Shown piece after piece: positions 48,956 to 57,757 of a stretch of 64,000 nucleotides of DNA (position 1 is the stretch's first letter; every line of letters begins with the position of its first letter). The notes under the pieces are model-generated. The model saw only the letters and a list, made by a program, of their open reading frames with translations, made no database searches and had not been told where the DNA came from. Source of the stretch: an uncultured Candidatus Saccharibacteria bacterium (GTDB taxonomy: Bacteria; Patescibacteriota; Doudnabacteria; UBA920). The position numbers and the translations under genes are program-made. The stretch is from contig CAZTCH010000001.1 of NCBI GenBank assembly GCA_964612745.1, forward strand, positions 77,387 through 141,386, read 5' to 3'.

Positions 48956-49146
48956 TACCAGCAAACCACGGACGCGTGCCCCTATAGAAACCCCGCAGTC
49001 AACCGTTGCATCAGCACGAGTCCGTGGATGAATGGAACCGCTCTTTTCAAAACCATCCCCGTTTTGAAAAGCACGTTACGTATTCCTGAATGCGCCATTA
49101 AAAGGATACCCCGGGTAAAGGCTTTGCGGTACCCGGGGAGGAGGTC

Positions 49147-49181
49147 ATTTTTGTAAAACAAAAGACGAGGGGTATCCTCGT
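49147..49181 (-). terminator. Rho-independent terminator of cysS
   Basis: gacgagg-ggtat-cctcgtc hairpin with a T-run on the minus strand. Confidence 0.5.
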
Positions 49182-49187
49182 CAGTTG

Positions 49188-50600
49188 TTATTGTGGTTTG
49201 ATAGTTTGGCCGTCTTTGGTGTCTAGTACACTGAAGCCGGCTTTTTCTATTTCTACTCGGAGTCTATCTGATTCCGCAAAGTCTTTGGTCGCTCGAGCGG
49301 TTTCGCGCTGCGAGGCGAGCTCGAGGATTCCTGCGGGGAGTGTTGCGAGTTCTCTTTTGTCTGCAAGTCCTAGTCCGAGTACTTCGTCGAACGAAAGGAG
49401 GAGTGCGCGTTTGCCTGCGGGTGGTAGCGTGTGGTCGCCAACGGCTTCCCAGAGTACAGCGAGTGCTTTGGAAGTATTTAAGTCTGCTTCGAGCGCTTCT
49501 CGGAATGCTGTTTCGTATGCGGTGAGATTACCTCCGTTGGTGTCTGCAGGTGCGTCACCAAGGTTATCTATGTGTGCGTACAACCGTTCGAGAGTTGTTT
49601 TGGCTGCGTGTAGGCTCTCTTCGGTAAAGTTAAACGCTTTGCGGAAATCTGTTTGCAAGCACAAGTATCGAAATGCCAGAGGGTAGAGCGGACCTTTATC
49701 TACGAGATCTTTCAGAGTTATGTAGTTGCCGTCCCGCTTCGCCATTTTTTTGCCATTGACCTGTAGATGTTCGCAGTGTGCCCAGAACTTGGCAAATGGT
49801 TTGCCGAACGGTTGGCTTTGTGCGATTTCGTTGGTGTGGTGGGGGAAGATTAAATCTACACCGCCGGTGTGGATATCTGTGGGCTTGCCGCCAAACGCCA
49901 CTTGGTTAATAACCGAGCATTCAATGTGCCACCCAGGGCGACCTTTGCCCAGTGTGGGGTGGTCCCAAAAAATTTGCCCGTCGTCCTCGGTGTGTGCTTT
50001 CCAGAGCGCAAAGTCGCTTAGGTTTTCTTTTTCGTAGTCGTCTACTTTTACGCGCGCTCCGACTTGCTTGCCTTCTAAAAACTTTGTGCCCACGAGTTCG
50101 CCGTAATCACCAAAATCGGCTTGGTATCTTTCTATACTAAAGAACACGCCGTCTTCTGTCGTGTAGGCGTATCCTTTTTCTATAAGCGCGAGGATAAACT
50201 CCTGAATCTGGGGGATAACATCGGCAACACGAATTATGGAAATTGCACTGTGGTCAATGTGAAGTGTAGACAGTTCCTTTAGGAAAATATCTAGGTAGGT
50301 GTTCGTGTAGGTGCGCAAATCATCCACGCTGCTGGCAGGTCCGAACTGTTTGATGCTGTCCCGAATAGTTTTGTCGTCTACATCGGTAATGTTCATAGCC
50401 CATGTCGTCGGGATGCCGACATACCGCAAACTGCGAACAAGAATATCGGTAAAGAGATAGGAACGAAAGTTGCCAATGTGAGCGTAGTTATACACGGTAG
50501 GACCACAGGAGTACAACCGAAGAGAATCTTTGGTCCCGTGGAGATGGTAATAGTCGTCCAGTGAGTCTGCGTGCTTGGTGAGCGTGTTATATAACTTCAT
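49188..50600 (-). CDS. cysS: Cysteine--tRNA ligase
   Basis: 470 aa. HIGH motif (YAHIGNFR), KMSKS-region equivalent, and conserved CysRS N-terminus. Confidence 0.9.
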   Translation of the reverse strand: MKLYNTLTKHADSLDDYYHLHGTKDSLRLYSCGPTVYNYAHIGNFRSYLFTDILVRSLRYVGIPTTWAMNITDVDDKTIRDSIKQFGPASSVDDLRTYTNTYLDIFLKELSTLHIDHSAISIIRVADVIPQIQEFILALIEKGYAYTTEDGVFFSIERYQADFGDYGELVGTKFLEGKQVGARVKVDDYEKENLSDFALWKAHTEDDGQIFWDHPTLGKGRPGWHIECSVINQVAFGGKPTDIHTGGVDLIFPHHTNEIAQSQPFGKPFAKFWAHCEHLQVNGKKMAKRDGNYITLKDLVDKGPLYPLAFRYLCLQTDFRKAFNFTEESLHAAKTTLERLYAHIDNLGDAPADTNGGNLTAYETAFREALEADLNTSKALAVLWEAVGDHTLPPAGKRALLLSFDEVLGLGLADKRELATLPAGILELASQRETARATKDFAESDRLRVEIEKAGFSVLDTKDGQTIKPQ

Positions 50601-50773
50601 ATTCAGATAGTACCATACCAGCCCACACCCGCCAACTCATTTATTGGATTGTATATGTCTATCAAATTCGAAAACTGTGCATGTTAGTAGTACATTGCAT
50701 TTGAAGAGTGGTTAGTTTTATGTGCCAATGTATTTTTGTCTTGTGTGATAGTCTTTCACCTTATTCGTTCTGT

Positions 50774-50807
50774 GGACCTAATTGTGACGGCCGTCACAAT
50801 TAGGTCC
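50774..50807. promoter_or_regulatory. 34-bp perfect palindrome (GGACCTAATTGTGACGGCCGTCACAATTAGGTCC), copy 1, overlapping the 3-prime end of the regulator gene
   Basis: Exact palindrome. Identical copy at 51377-51410. Confidence 0.6.
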
Positions 50808-51360
50808 TAACACGAAACAGCTTACGAAGGTCTGTGTCGTCTTCAAAGTTTGCGCGAGCAATACGGATATATCGTAACAGTCCTGATTTTTTAAGTAGCG
50901 CTAGCGCTTCTGGGCTAATTGGATGTGGGCTTACATAGATACTTGCTTGCAGGCACAAAAACCCTAAATCGCGTAATGAGTGGCGTAGCTGTGCTCGTAT
51001 GCTGCGCGCTTGTTCGGGTATATCGAACATAATCAGTCGCCAACTACCATCCCAAATTACCGGTTTAGGGTGCATGTGTACAGCAGCGATGAGTGCTTCT
51101 ATTTCTCCTTTGTTTGTGAGACGAAAGATTTTTCGCGCTTCTTTGTATTCAGTTTTAATCCAGCCTTGGTTATGCAGTCTGCGAAGTGTTCGGTCTAGTT
51201 TCTTTTCTCGAAAGTAGCGAGCAACCTCAGGAGCGGCTGCACTGCTCAGTGACTTGCGTCCTAGTGTATCTCCAAAAGCTGATTGGGCAGCTAAAAGGTA
51301 TAAAAGAACGTGAGTGGTCTTGGTTAACTGTTTGCTGTCTCGTACATAAAGTGTCTGCAT
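50800..51360 (-). CDS. PaaX-like winged-helix transcriptional regulator (Cas2-fold C-terminal domain)
   Basis: 186 aa. C-terminal motif WDGSWRLIMFDIPEQARSIRAQLRHSLRDLGFLCLQASIYVSP matches the PaaX_C pattern. N-terminal wHTH. Confidence 0.55.
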   Translation of the reverse strand: MQTLYVRDSKQLTKTTHVLLYLLAAQSAFGDTLGRKSLSSAAAPEVARYFREKKLDRTLRRLHNQGWIKTEYKEARKIFRLTNKGEIEALIAAVHMHPKPVIWDGSWRLIMFDIPEQARSIRAQLRHSLRDLGFLCLQASIYVSPHPISPEALALLKKSGLLRYIRIARANFEDDTDLRKLFRVRT

Positions 51361-51376
51361 ATAGTATTTTTCTTTT

Positions 51377-51410
51377 GGACCTAATTGTGACGGCCGTCAC
51401 AATTAGGTCC
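51377..51410. promoter_or_regulatory. 34-bp perfect palindrome, copy 2, 17 nt upstream of the regulator start codon
   Basis: Identical to 50774-50807. Candidate operator. Confidence 0.6.
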
Positions 51411-51571
51411 TGAGTTAATTGATAGGGCGCTGCAGAGTTTGGTGTGTGGTGAATTTGTTTTGCATCAAGACTGAAGTATCTAACGTATGCTCAGTTTGTA
51501 TCGGCCAATGTTTCTGAGCTTGTGCTGGTATGTAGTTCTTTTAGCTGCTGTTAAACATAAAAGCACTGGCC

Positions 51572-53266
51572 TTAGAGGGCGAGTGCTTTTAAGTGTTGTG
51601 TTTTTAGGTGAGAGAGTTGTTGGTGGGGGTGGGGGTGTTTCAGAATTTTGCTTAAGTGTAGTCCGTTAATGTAGTGAGGTAACAGCACATAGTCCACTTC
51701 GTATTGGTAGAGTGCCCGTGCGTCTGCCTCGTTTTGTGCAGTTACGATGAGCTTAGCGTGGAGGTGCTGGTTTTTGACTGACTCCGCTATTGCCCGGTTA
51801 TCGGATGCACCAGGGAGGGTAGACACAATCATACGCGCGGAACGCAGGTTGGCAAGCTCTTGGATGTACGGGTCAGATGCATCACCACAAATAGCAGGTA
51901 CGCCAAGGCGTGAGTAGTGTTCGGCAACTTCTGGGTTAAAGTCTATTATTACAAATTTCTGTCCATGCCGGAGGAATGACTCTGCTAACTCTTTTCCGGT
52001 ACGGTGCGCGCCAAGGAGGACGATGTGATTTTTGAGTGCTGTAATTTTCAGGTGGCGTTCTGCGCTGCCATCTTTAAAGTCAAACCAATCGAGCATACCA
52101 GCAAGTCGGTCGTAGATGGATTCACCACGCATAATAAAGAATGAGGAAATGGCAATGGTGACAATTGCAACCAGCGTCATGAGACTGCCAATGGTACTGT
52201 CGACGTGGCCAATCTTAATAGCAAGGGCGAGCAAGATTAAGCTAAACTCGGAGACTTGCCCCACAGTAAGCCCAGTCATGAACCCTGTGCGTGGTTTGTA
52301 CCCAAGGGTGGACATGATTACCAGCACGATGAGTGGCTTGCCAATCAGTACAAACAAAGACAGTAGTATTGCTGGAATAATTAAATTGCCCATGCCGGCA
52401 AACTGCAGCTGACTACCGAGTACCACAAAGAAAATCATAATAAAGAAGTCGCGCAAGCTGCGAATGCGCGCAGATACTTCGTGGTGTAAACTGCTGCGGG
52501 AGAGTGCGAGCCCAGCCAAGAATCCGCCAATCTCCAAAGAGAAACCCATGAAAGGGAGTTTTACAAACGACGCAAAACCAATTGCCCATGCAAGGGAGAA
52601 TATTAGGAGGAGTTCGTCTGACTTGCCAATAAATTTGAGCAGCCGAGGGAAGACGAATTTGCTTACCAGAGCGATAATAGCTACAAGTACCGTTGCTTTG
52701 CCTGCAGTAAACAGCAACGTGCCCCATAAAGGGAGTGCGTTTCCTGCCGTGTCGCTCCCACCTGCGCTCGACAGTGTCATGAGCATGACCAGTGCGACCA
52801 AATCTTGCACGAGAAATATTCCCAGTGCGAGTCTACCGTACAGACTTTGCAGTTCACGTTTTTCCGAAAGGAGCTTTACGACAATAATGGTAGAAGAGAA
52901 GCTCAAGCCTACTGCTACATAAATTGCAGCAATAGGCGGCAGTCCAAACCCGAGTGCGAGTACTAAACCCAGTGCGCCCGTTATAGTGACTTGTGCAGCT
53001 CCGGCAATAAGTGCTTTCCTGCCGATTTTTTTCAGTTCAGAAATATCTAACTCAAGTCCTACCATGAACAAAAGTAGTGTAATACCGATTTCCGAAAGAG
53101 AGTGTAAGATTTCGCCTTGGTTTATTTTCCACAATCCGAGTGGGCCAAGTAAAAGACCAGCGAAGATGTAGGCGAGTACCGTTGGCTGCTTAAACAAATT
53201 AACGAGCAACGCACAGCCGCCAGCAACAAGGAGGACAAGTGTGAGTTCTGCAAATAAATTTTCCAT
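51572..53266 (-). CDS. Monovalent cation:proton antiporter-2 (CPA2, KefB/KefC-like) with C-terminal RCK/TrkA-N domain
   Basis: 564 aa, 12-13 TM helices. Rossmann motif VLLGAHRTGKEL...VIIDFNPE. Confidence 0.8.
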   Translation of the reverse strand: MENLFAELTLVLLVAGGCALLVNLFKQPTVLAYIFAGLLLGPLGLWKINQGEILHSLSEIGITLLLFMVGLELDISELKKIGRKALIAGAAQVTITGALGLVLALGFGLPPIAAIYVAVGLSFSSTIIVVKLLSEKRELQSLYGRLALGIFLVQDLVALVMLMTLSSAGGSDTAGNALPLWGTLLFTAGKATVLVAIIALVSKFVFPRLLKFIGKSDELLLIFSLAWAIGFASFVKLPFMGFSLEIGGFLAGLALSRSSLHHEVSARIRSLRDFFIMIFFVVLGSQLQFAGMGNLIIPAILLSLFVLIGKPLIVLVIMSTLGYKPRTGFMTGLTVGQVSEFSLILLALAIKIGHVDSTIGSLMTLVAIVTIAISSFFIMRGESIYDRLAGMLDWFDFKDGSAERHLKITALKNHIVLLGAHRTGKELAESFLRHGQKFVIIDFNPEVAEHYSRLGVPAICGDASDPYIQELANLRSARMIVSTLPGASDNRAIAESVKNQHLHAKLIVTAQNEADARALYQYEVDYVLLPHYINGLHLSKILKHPHPHQQLSHLKTQHLKALAL

Positions 53267-53530
53267 TTTTTATTTCTGTAGTGAACTAGATATGTAAGTA
53301 TTGTATCAAGAAAGTTTACTTGGGGGAATGGAGAAGGCGATAGAGAATAGAGAGTAGAGAGTAGAGAATAGTAAGATAGAAATAAGGAGTTAGGAATTAG
53401 AAATTAGTAACGAGTAACCAGTAGCTAGTAACGAGACAGAAAAAATTGAAAATTAAAAATTAAAAATTATATTCTCTCTAACTCTTCTATTTCTTCTAGC
53501 TTCCTAATACCTAGAAAGCTGAAAAGCTAA
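53267..53530. repeat. Intergenic heptamer-repeat region (purine arm gagaatagagagtag, then aaattaaaaatt, then pyrimidine arm)
   Basis: Direct reading. Confidence 0.5.
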
Positions 53531-53545
53531 CAAGCTAGTAAAATT

Positions 53546-53574
53546 TGCTCAAAAGCCCTCCAAACTGGTATAAT
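53546..53574 (+). promoter_or_regulatory. Promoter with extended -10 (TTGCTC, 17 nt, TGGTATAAT) 6 nt upstream of the ATG, implying a leaderless transcript
   Basis: tggtataat at 53566-53574. ATG of MNTPDAIFFIG at 53581. Confidence 0.45.
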
Positions 53575-53580
53575 TTACAC

Positions 53581-54156
53581 ATGAATACACCTGATGCAAT
53601 ATTTTTTATAGGACGGTCTGGTGCTGGAAAAGGAACTCAAGCACGTGAACTTTCCGAGCGACTTGGGTTTTTTTATTGGGAGATGGGCGCAATTTTGCGT
53701 GCCGAAATTTCTCGTGGTACGCCTATTGGCAAGGAAATCCAAGCACTTGTGAACCAAGGGTTGTTTTTGGGTGACCACCACATGTTCAAAGTTATTGCGA
53801 GTCATATCGACGAAATCCCCGAAGGCAAAGGCATTATTTTCGACGGACTACCACGGCGCATGAGCCAAGCACCATATGTTATCGGCTTACTCCATGGTTT
53901 GGGTCGCAAAGATTTGGCAACGTTGTTTTTAGATGTTCCCCGAGAAGACTCAGTTGAACGTTTGCTCAAGCGAGCAACTGTCGAACACCGACCAGACGAC
54001 ACAGAAGAAGTAATCAACCGTAGACTCGACCAGTTCGAACAAGAAACGTTACCTGTGCTGGACTTCTTGCAAGAGATGACACGTTTTTATCGGATAGATG
54101 GCAGGCCAGCAATTCCAGAAGTGACTACCGCCATTAACACACTGCTCGAAATCTAA
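53581..54156 (+). CDS. Adenylate kinase family nucleoside monophosphate kinase (short LID type)
   Basis: P-loop GRSGAGKGTQA, NMP-binding and FDGLPRRMSQA motifs. Start chosen at the leaderless ATG rather than 53545. Confidence 0.7.
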   Translation: MNTPDAIFFIGRSGAGKGTQARELSERLGFFYWEMGAILRAEISRGTPIGKEIQALVNQGLFLGDHHMFKVIASHIDEIPEGKGIIFDGLPRRMSQAPYVIGLLHGLGRKDLATLFLDVPREDSVERLLKRATVEHRPDDTEEVINRRLDQFEQETLPVLDFLQEMTRFYRIDGRPAIPEVTTAINTLLEI

Positions 54157-54806
54157 TGCCAACAGCGCGTACCAAAGTAGCGAAGAAGACACCAGCGAAG
54201 GCGGAGCAGCCGCTCAATATTTTTGTGCTCGGTGACTTAGGTGCGGGTAAAGGGACGCAGTCGGTGCTACTGCAAAATCTGTTTCCGTTGTACGAAATAG
54301 ACATGGGGATAGAGCAAGAGCTGCAGCGACGTAAAGATCCAAAGCTCGATGCGCTGCTTAAGCGAACTGTGGATCAAGGTAAGCTGAATAACACTACCGT
54401 GTACCGACGCTTAGTGAAAAACGCAGTGTTGCGGGCACCGAAGAGTAAAGGTATTTTGTTTGCTGGGCATCCGAAAATGCCAGACGAAGTGCGCTATGTA
54501 AATCGCTTTTTGCGCACTCTGGGTAGGACTCGGGCGATCGCTGTGTACATTACGATTCCATGGAAAGAAACAGTGCGCAGAAATTCGCAACGCAAAGGTT
54601 ACTTCGGAAACAAGAAGCGGCCAGACGATTCGCTTGCTGCAATCGCAGTTCGCAGGAAAAATGCCCAAGCTAGTTTGCGCCAGTCGCGCAGTGTGTACAA
54701 AGAGTTGTACCCGTACTTGCAGATTAGTGGCATGGGGACTGTGCGCGGTGTGCACGGCAGAGTCATGCAGGCAATACAAAAGCTGACTAAAAAGCTGGAC
54801 TCGTAA
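54156..54806 (+). CDS. Second, divergent adenylate kinase-like NMP kinase paralog
   Basis: P-loop LGDLGAGKGTQS. Divergent NMP-binding region (FAGHPKMPDEV). Start overlaps the stop of the previous gene. Confidence 0.55.
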   Translation: MPTARTKVAKKTPAKAEQPLNIFVLGDLGAGKGTQSVLLQNLFPLYEIDMGIEQELQRRKDPKLDALLKRTVDQGKLNNTTVYRRLVKNAVLRAPKSKGILFAGHPKMPDEVRYVNRFLRTLGRTRAIAVYITIPWKETVRRNSQRKGYFGNKKRPDDSLAAIAVRRKNAQASLRQSRSVYKELYPYLQISGMGTVRGVHGRVMQAIQKLTKKLDS

Positions 54807-54820
54807 TTGGAATATATTTT

Positions 54821-55582
54821 ATGAAACATGGTCAGATTAAAACCGCATCAGAGATAGAAATCATTGCCGAAGGAGGCGCGCTCCTGCGGGATATTTTGCA
54901 TAAGACAGCAGCACGAGTCGCTCCGGGGGTTTCTACTTTGGAGTTGAGCGATTTTGCAGATGCAGCTATTCGAGCGATTGGTGGTAGGCCAAGCTTTGTT
55001 GGGTATGGTGAAAAGAATAATCCATTTCCAGCTGCATTGTGTACGTCACCAAATGACGTAGTCGTGCATGGCATTCCCAGTGCGAAAGTAATTTTGCAAG
55101 CAGGGGATATTATTGGGCTCGACATTGGCATGGAGTACAAAGGTTTGTTTACCGACACCGCAATTACCGTGCCGGTTGGCACGATTACCCCTGCAGTGCA
55201 GAAGTTGGTGGAAGCAACCAAGCGCAGTATGGAGCTGGGCATTGCGCAAGCGGTGGCTGGTAACCGCATAGGCGATATTGGTTTTGCGGTACAACAATAT
55301 GCTGAGAAAAATGGTTTTTCTGTGGTGCGCGATTTAGTTGGGCATGGGGTTGGTTACGATGTGCACGAAGATCCCCAAGTACCAAACTATGGAAAAAAAG
55401 GAAGTGGTGCCAAGTTGGTAGAAGGCATGGTCATAGCTATAGAACCAATGTTGTGCACTGGTGGGTACCATGTGTATTTTGAAGATGACGACTGGACTAT
55501 TCGTACCGAAGACGGTGGGCTTTCTGCTCATTTTGAGCACACTGTGGCGGTAACGAAAAAGGGACCGAGGATTTTAACCTAA
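54821..55582 (+). CDS. map: Methionine aminopeptidase type I
   Basis: 253 aa. Metal-binding residues in VVVHGIPS, DIGMEYKG, and HGVGYDVHEDP. Confidence 0.85.
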   Translation: MKHGQIKTASEIEIIAEGGALLRDILHKTAARVAPGVSTLELSDFADAAIRAIGGRPSFVGYGEKNNPFPAALCTSPNDVVVHGIPSAKVILQAGDIIGLDIGMEYKGLFTDTAITVPVGTITPAVQKLVEATKRSMELGIAQAVAGNRIGDIGFAVQQYAEKNGFSVVRDLVGHGVGYDVHEDPQVPNYGKKGSGAKLVEGMVIAIEPMLCTGGYHVYFEDDDWTIRTEDGGLSAHFEHTVAVTKKGPRILT

Positions 55583-55663
55583 GCACAAAATTCGAAAATA
55601 GATAATTTAAAACTCAAAAGTCAAAACTTCAGGTCAAAACTTTAAACTCTTGAAAAGGGTTAC

Positions 55664-55700
55664 CCTTGTGCAGCACAAAGGTAACCCTTTTGCGTTCTCT
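55664..55700 (+). terminator. Rho-independent terminator after map (gggttaccc hairpin family)
   Basis: aaaagggttacccttgtgcagcacaaaggtaaccctttt. Confidence 0.55.
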
Positions 55701-55901
55701 ACGTTCCATCTGTCAGTGCATGTTAGATGGTGCCCTCAAGTCCTAACTGAAAGTTTCTAACTTTTGAGTTGCAGTTTTGCGTTTTGACTTTTGATTTTTG
55801 GGTTAAAGGTTTAAGTCTTTATCTATCTTTTCAAGCCCATATTTCTTTGTTTTTCCGCTATAATTGGACATATTTTCCATATTGCCGTGTTCCTGAATGT
55901 G

Positions 55902-55910
55902 TGGTATAAT
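55902..55910 (+). promoter_or_regulatory. Extended -10 element TGGTATAAT, with about 190-nt structured 5-prime UTR before the RRM protein gene
   Basis: gtggtataatttaca. The same 14-mer type is seen at 11099 and 53566. Confidence 0.4.
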
Positions 55911-56102
55911 TTACATATCATCTTAAGTCTAGTTTCTTTACATTTGTTCGGGCTACTTTTTGGTTAGTGATTTTGAGACTGCGTTGCAGTCCAGCTCATC
56001 GTACGGTCTGTGAGCCAGTGGGCAATAGATAGTGAGAACGAAACTTGTTTTATATATATAGTTAGAGTGGAAGATGAGCTCTAACCAAAGGAAGCCAAAC
56101 AA

Positions 56103-56501
56103 ATGGCAGTAAAATTATACGTCGGTAACCTCTCTTACGGTGCTACCGATCAGGCTCTTGAAGAAGCTTTTGGTAAAGCTGGTAAAGTAGAGTCTGCACA
56201 AGTTGTCATCGACAAAATGACCGGTCGCTCTCGCGGTTTCGGTTTTGTAGAGATGGACACCAAAGAAGCAGCAGATGCAGCTATCGAACTTTGGAATGGC
56301 AAAGAACTCGATGGTCGCACCTTGACTGTAAACGAAGCTCGTCCTCGTGAAGAACGCCCAGCAGGCGGTCGCGGTGGATTCGGCGGCGGTAACCGTGGCG
56401 GTTTCGGCGGCGGTCGCGGTGGTGACCGTGGTGGCCGTGGTGGTTTTGGTGGTGGTCAAAACGACAACAACCAAGACGGCGGACGCACTTGGCAGTTCTA
56501 G
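56103..56501 (+). CDS. RRM-type glycine-rich RNA-binding protein
   Basis: RNP2 LYVGNL and RNP1 RGFGFVEM motifs. C-terminal GGRGGFGGG repeats. Confidence 0.8.
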   Translation: MAVKLYVGNLSYGATDQALEEAFGKAGKVESAQVVIDKMTGRSRGFGFVEMDTKEAADAAIELWNGKELDGRTLTVNEARPREERPAGGRGGFGGGNRGGFGGGRGGDRGGRGGFGGGQNDNNQDGGRTWQF

Positions 56502-56610
56502 TTCTTTTCAGAACTTTAGAAGAGTCTCGCAGCAATGCGAGGCTCTTTTTTATATGTAAACTGTTTTCAATTTGCTATACTAGTTTGGTAACTAATCAAA
56601 CATAATTTCC

Positions 56611-56982
56611 ATGGCAGACATTCAATCTGTATTTAACCGGATAAAAGAAACAAAGCGTAAAGCAAAAGAAATAAAGCGCATGTACAAAGATGCGCTGGAA
56701 TCCAGTTTTGAATATCGCGAAGTGTTAGAAAAGCTCGAAAATATTAAAGCACGCAAAAAGCAGTTGGAAACGCAGATCAAAGAAGAATCCGCAGGGGAGT
56801 TTGCCAAACTCGATGCGTACAAGATGCACATTAAAACAGATAACGAACTGTTGTCCGACCTTGCAATGAACACGCTCATGGCAGGGGAGACAGTCACCGT
56901 AAAAGACGAAAACGAAGAAGCCTACGAACCAATATTCTCCGTACGTTTTAAGAAAGCCGGCTTGGTCCAGAAAGAACAATAA
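56611..56982 (+). CDS. Charged coiled-coil protein, unknown function
   Basis: 123 aa, K/E-rich, no recognisable motif. Confidence 0.4.
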   Translation: MADIQSVFNRIKETKRKAKEIKRMYKDALESSFEYREVLEKLENIKARKKQLETQIKEESAGEFAKLDAYKMHIKTDNELLSDLAMNTLMAGETVTVKDENEEAYEPIFSVRFKKAGLVQKEQ

Positions 56983-57150
56983 AAGCTTCTTAGCTTGCTA
57001 GAAGCAGAAGAAATAGAAGAAATAGAAGAGTTAGAAAAAGGCGCTTAGAGATTGGTTTTTCTACTCTCCCCGCACTTTGCGGGGTCTCGATACTGCATCG
57101 GGGCTAATCTCTACTCTCTACTCTCTATTCTCTCGTTATTTACTCCTAAT
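56983..57150. repeat. Intergenic heptamer repeats (purine arm agaagaaatagaag, pyrimidine arm tctactctctattctc)
   Basis: Direct reading. Confidence 0.5.
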
Positions 57151-57152
57151 TT

Positions 57153-57488
57153 ATGTCTTTACTCCTCAATTGGTTTTTGTCCGCTCTTGCGGTGTTGGTT
57201 ACGTCCTACGTGCTCCCAGGGGTGCATGTCTCTGGGTTATTTGCCGCGCTTGTTGTGGTGATTGTGCTTGGGCTCATTAACCTCGTGGTCAAGCCGCTGC
57301 TCCTGCTTTTGACTTTGCCAGTAAATATTTTGACCCTGGGGTTGTTTACTTTTGTTATAAACGCGGCACTTATTTTGCTCGCAAGTAAAATAGTAGAAGG
57401 GTTTGCAGTAGACGGCTTTGGTTGGGCGCTGCTGTTTAGCGTGGTGCTCTCCTTGGTCAACGCAGTCCTCCGCCAGTTCCAGAAATAG
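57153..57488 (+). CDS. DUF360 / phage holin 4_2 family membrane protein (YvlD-like)
   Basis: 111 aa, 4 TM. Motif LPGVHVSGLFAALVVVIVLGLINLVVKPLLLLLTLPVNILTLGLF closely resembles that family. Confidence 0.6.
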   Translation: MSLLLNWFLSALAVLVTSYVLPGVHVSGLFAALVVVIVLGLINLVVKPLLLLLTLPVNILTLGLFTFVINAALILLASKIVEGFAVDGFGWALLFSVVLSLVNAVLRQFQK

Positions 57489-57532
57489 CCAAAGTCCCAA
57501 CAAATACTGTGTAAAAAGCCAATACGAAAGTA

Positions 57533-57561
57533 TTGACTTTTTTTGTTCTTTTCAGTATAAT
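57533..57561 (+). promoter_or_regulatory. Consensus sigma70-like promoter (TTGACT, 17 nt, TATAAT) overlapping a short terminator hairpin
   Basis: -35 at 57533-57538, -10 at 57556-57561. caatac-gaaa-gtattg hairpin just upstream. Confidence 0.5.
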
Positions 57562-57757
57562 GCCAATCGGTACATTTACAAATTGGCGCAACACTGAAGA
57601 TTTGGCTTGTTAATATGCAAAAAGCATCTATTTACCAGCCAAACCTTCAGTGTATATGAGGTAGTATTTCTGGAATCCGAAACCGCTCGGACTTTCTGAA
57701 AAAAACTACAGTCATAGCCACATATGGAGGAAACATGTCGATAAGGAGACATTTTAT

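Noticed and set aside
50800-51360. Cas2-like protein
   Set aside because: The C-terminal fold motif is shared with the PaaX C-terminal domain. There is an N-terminal wHTH, and no cas1 or array. Called a PaaX-like regulator instead.
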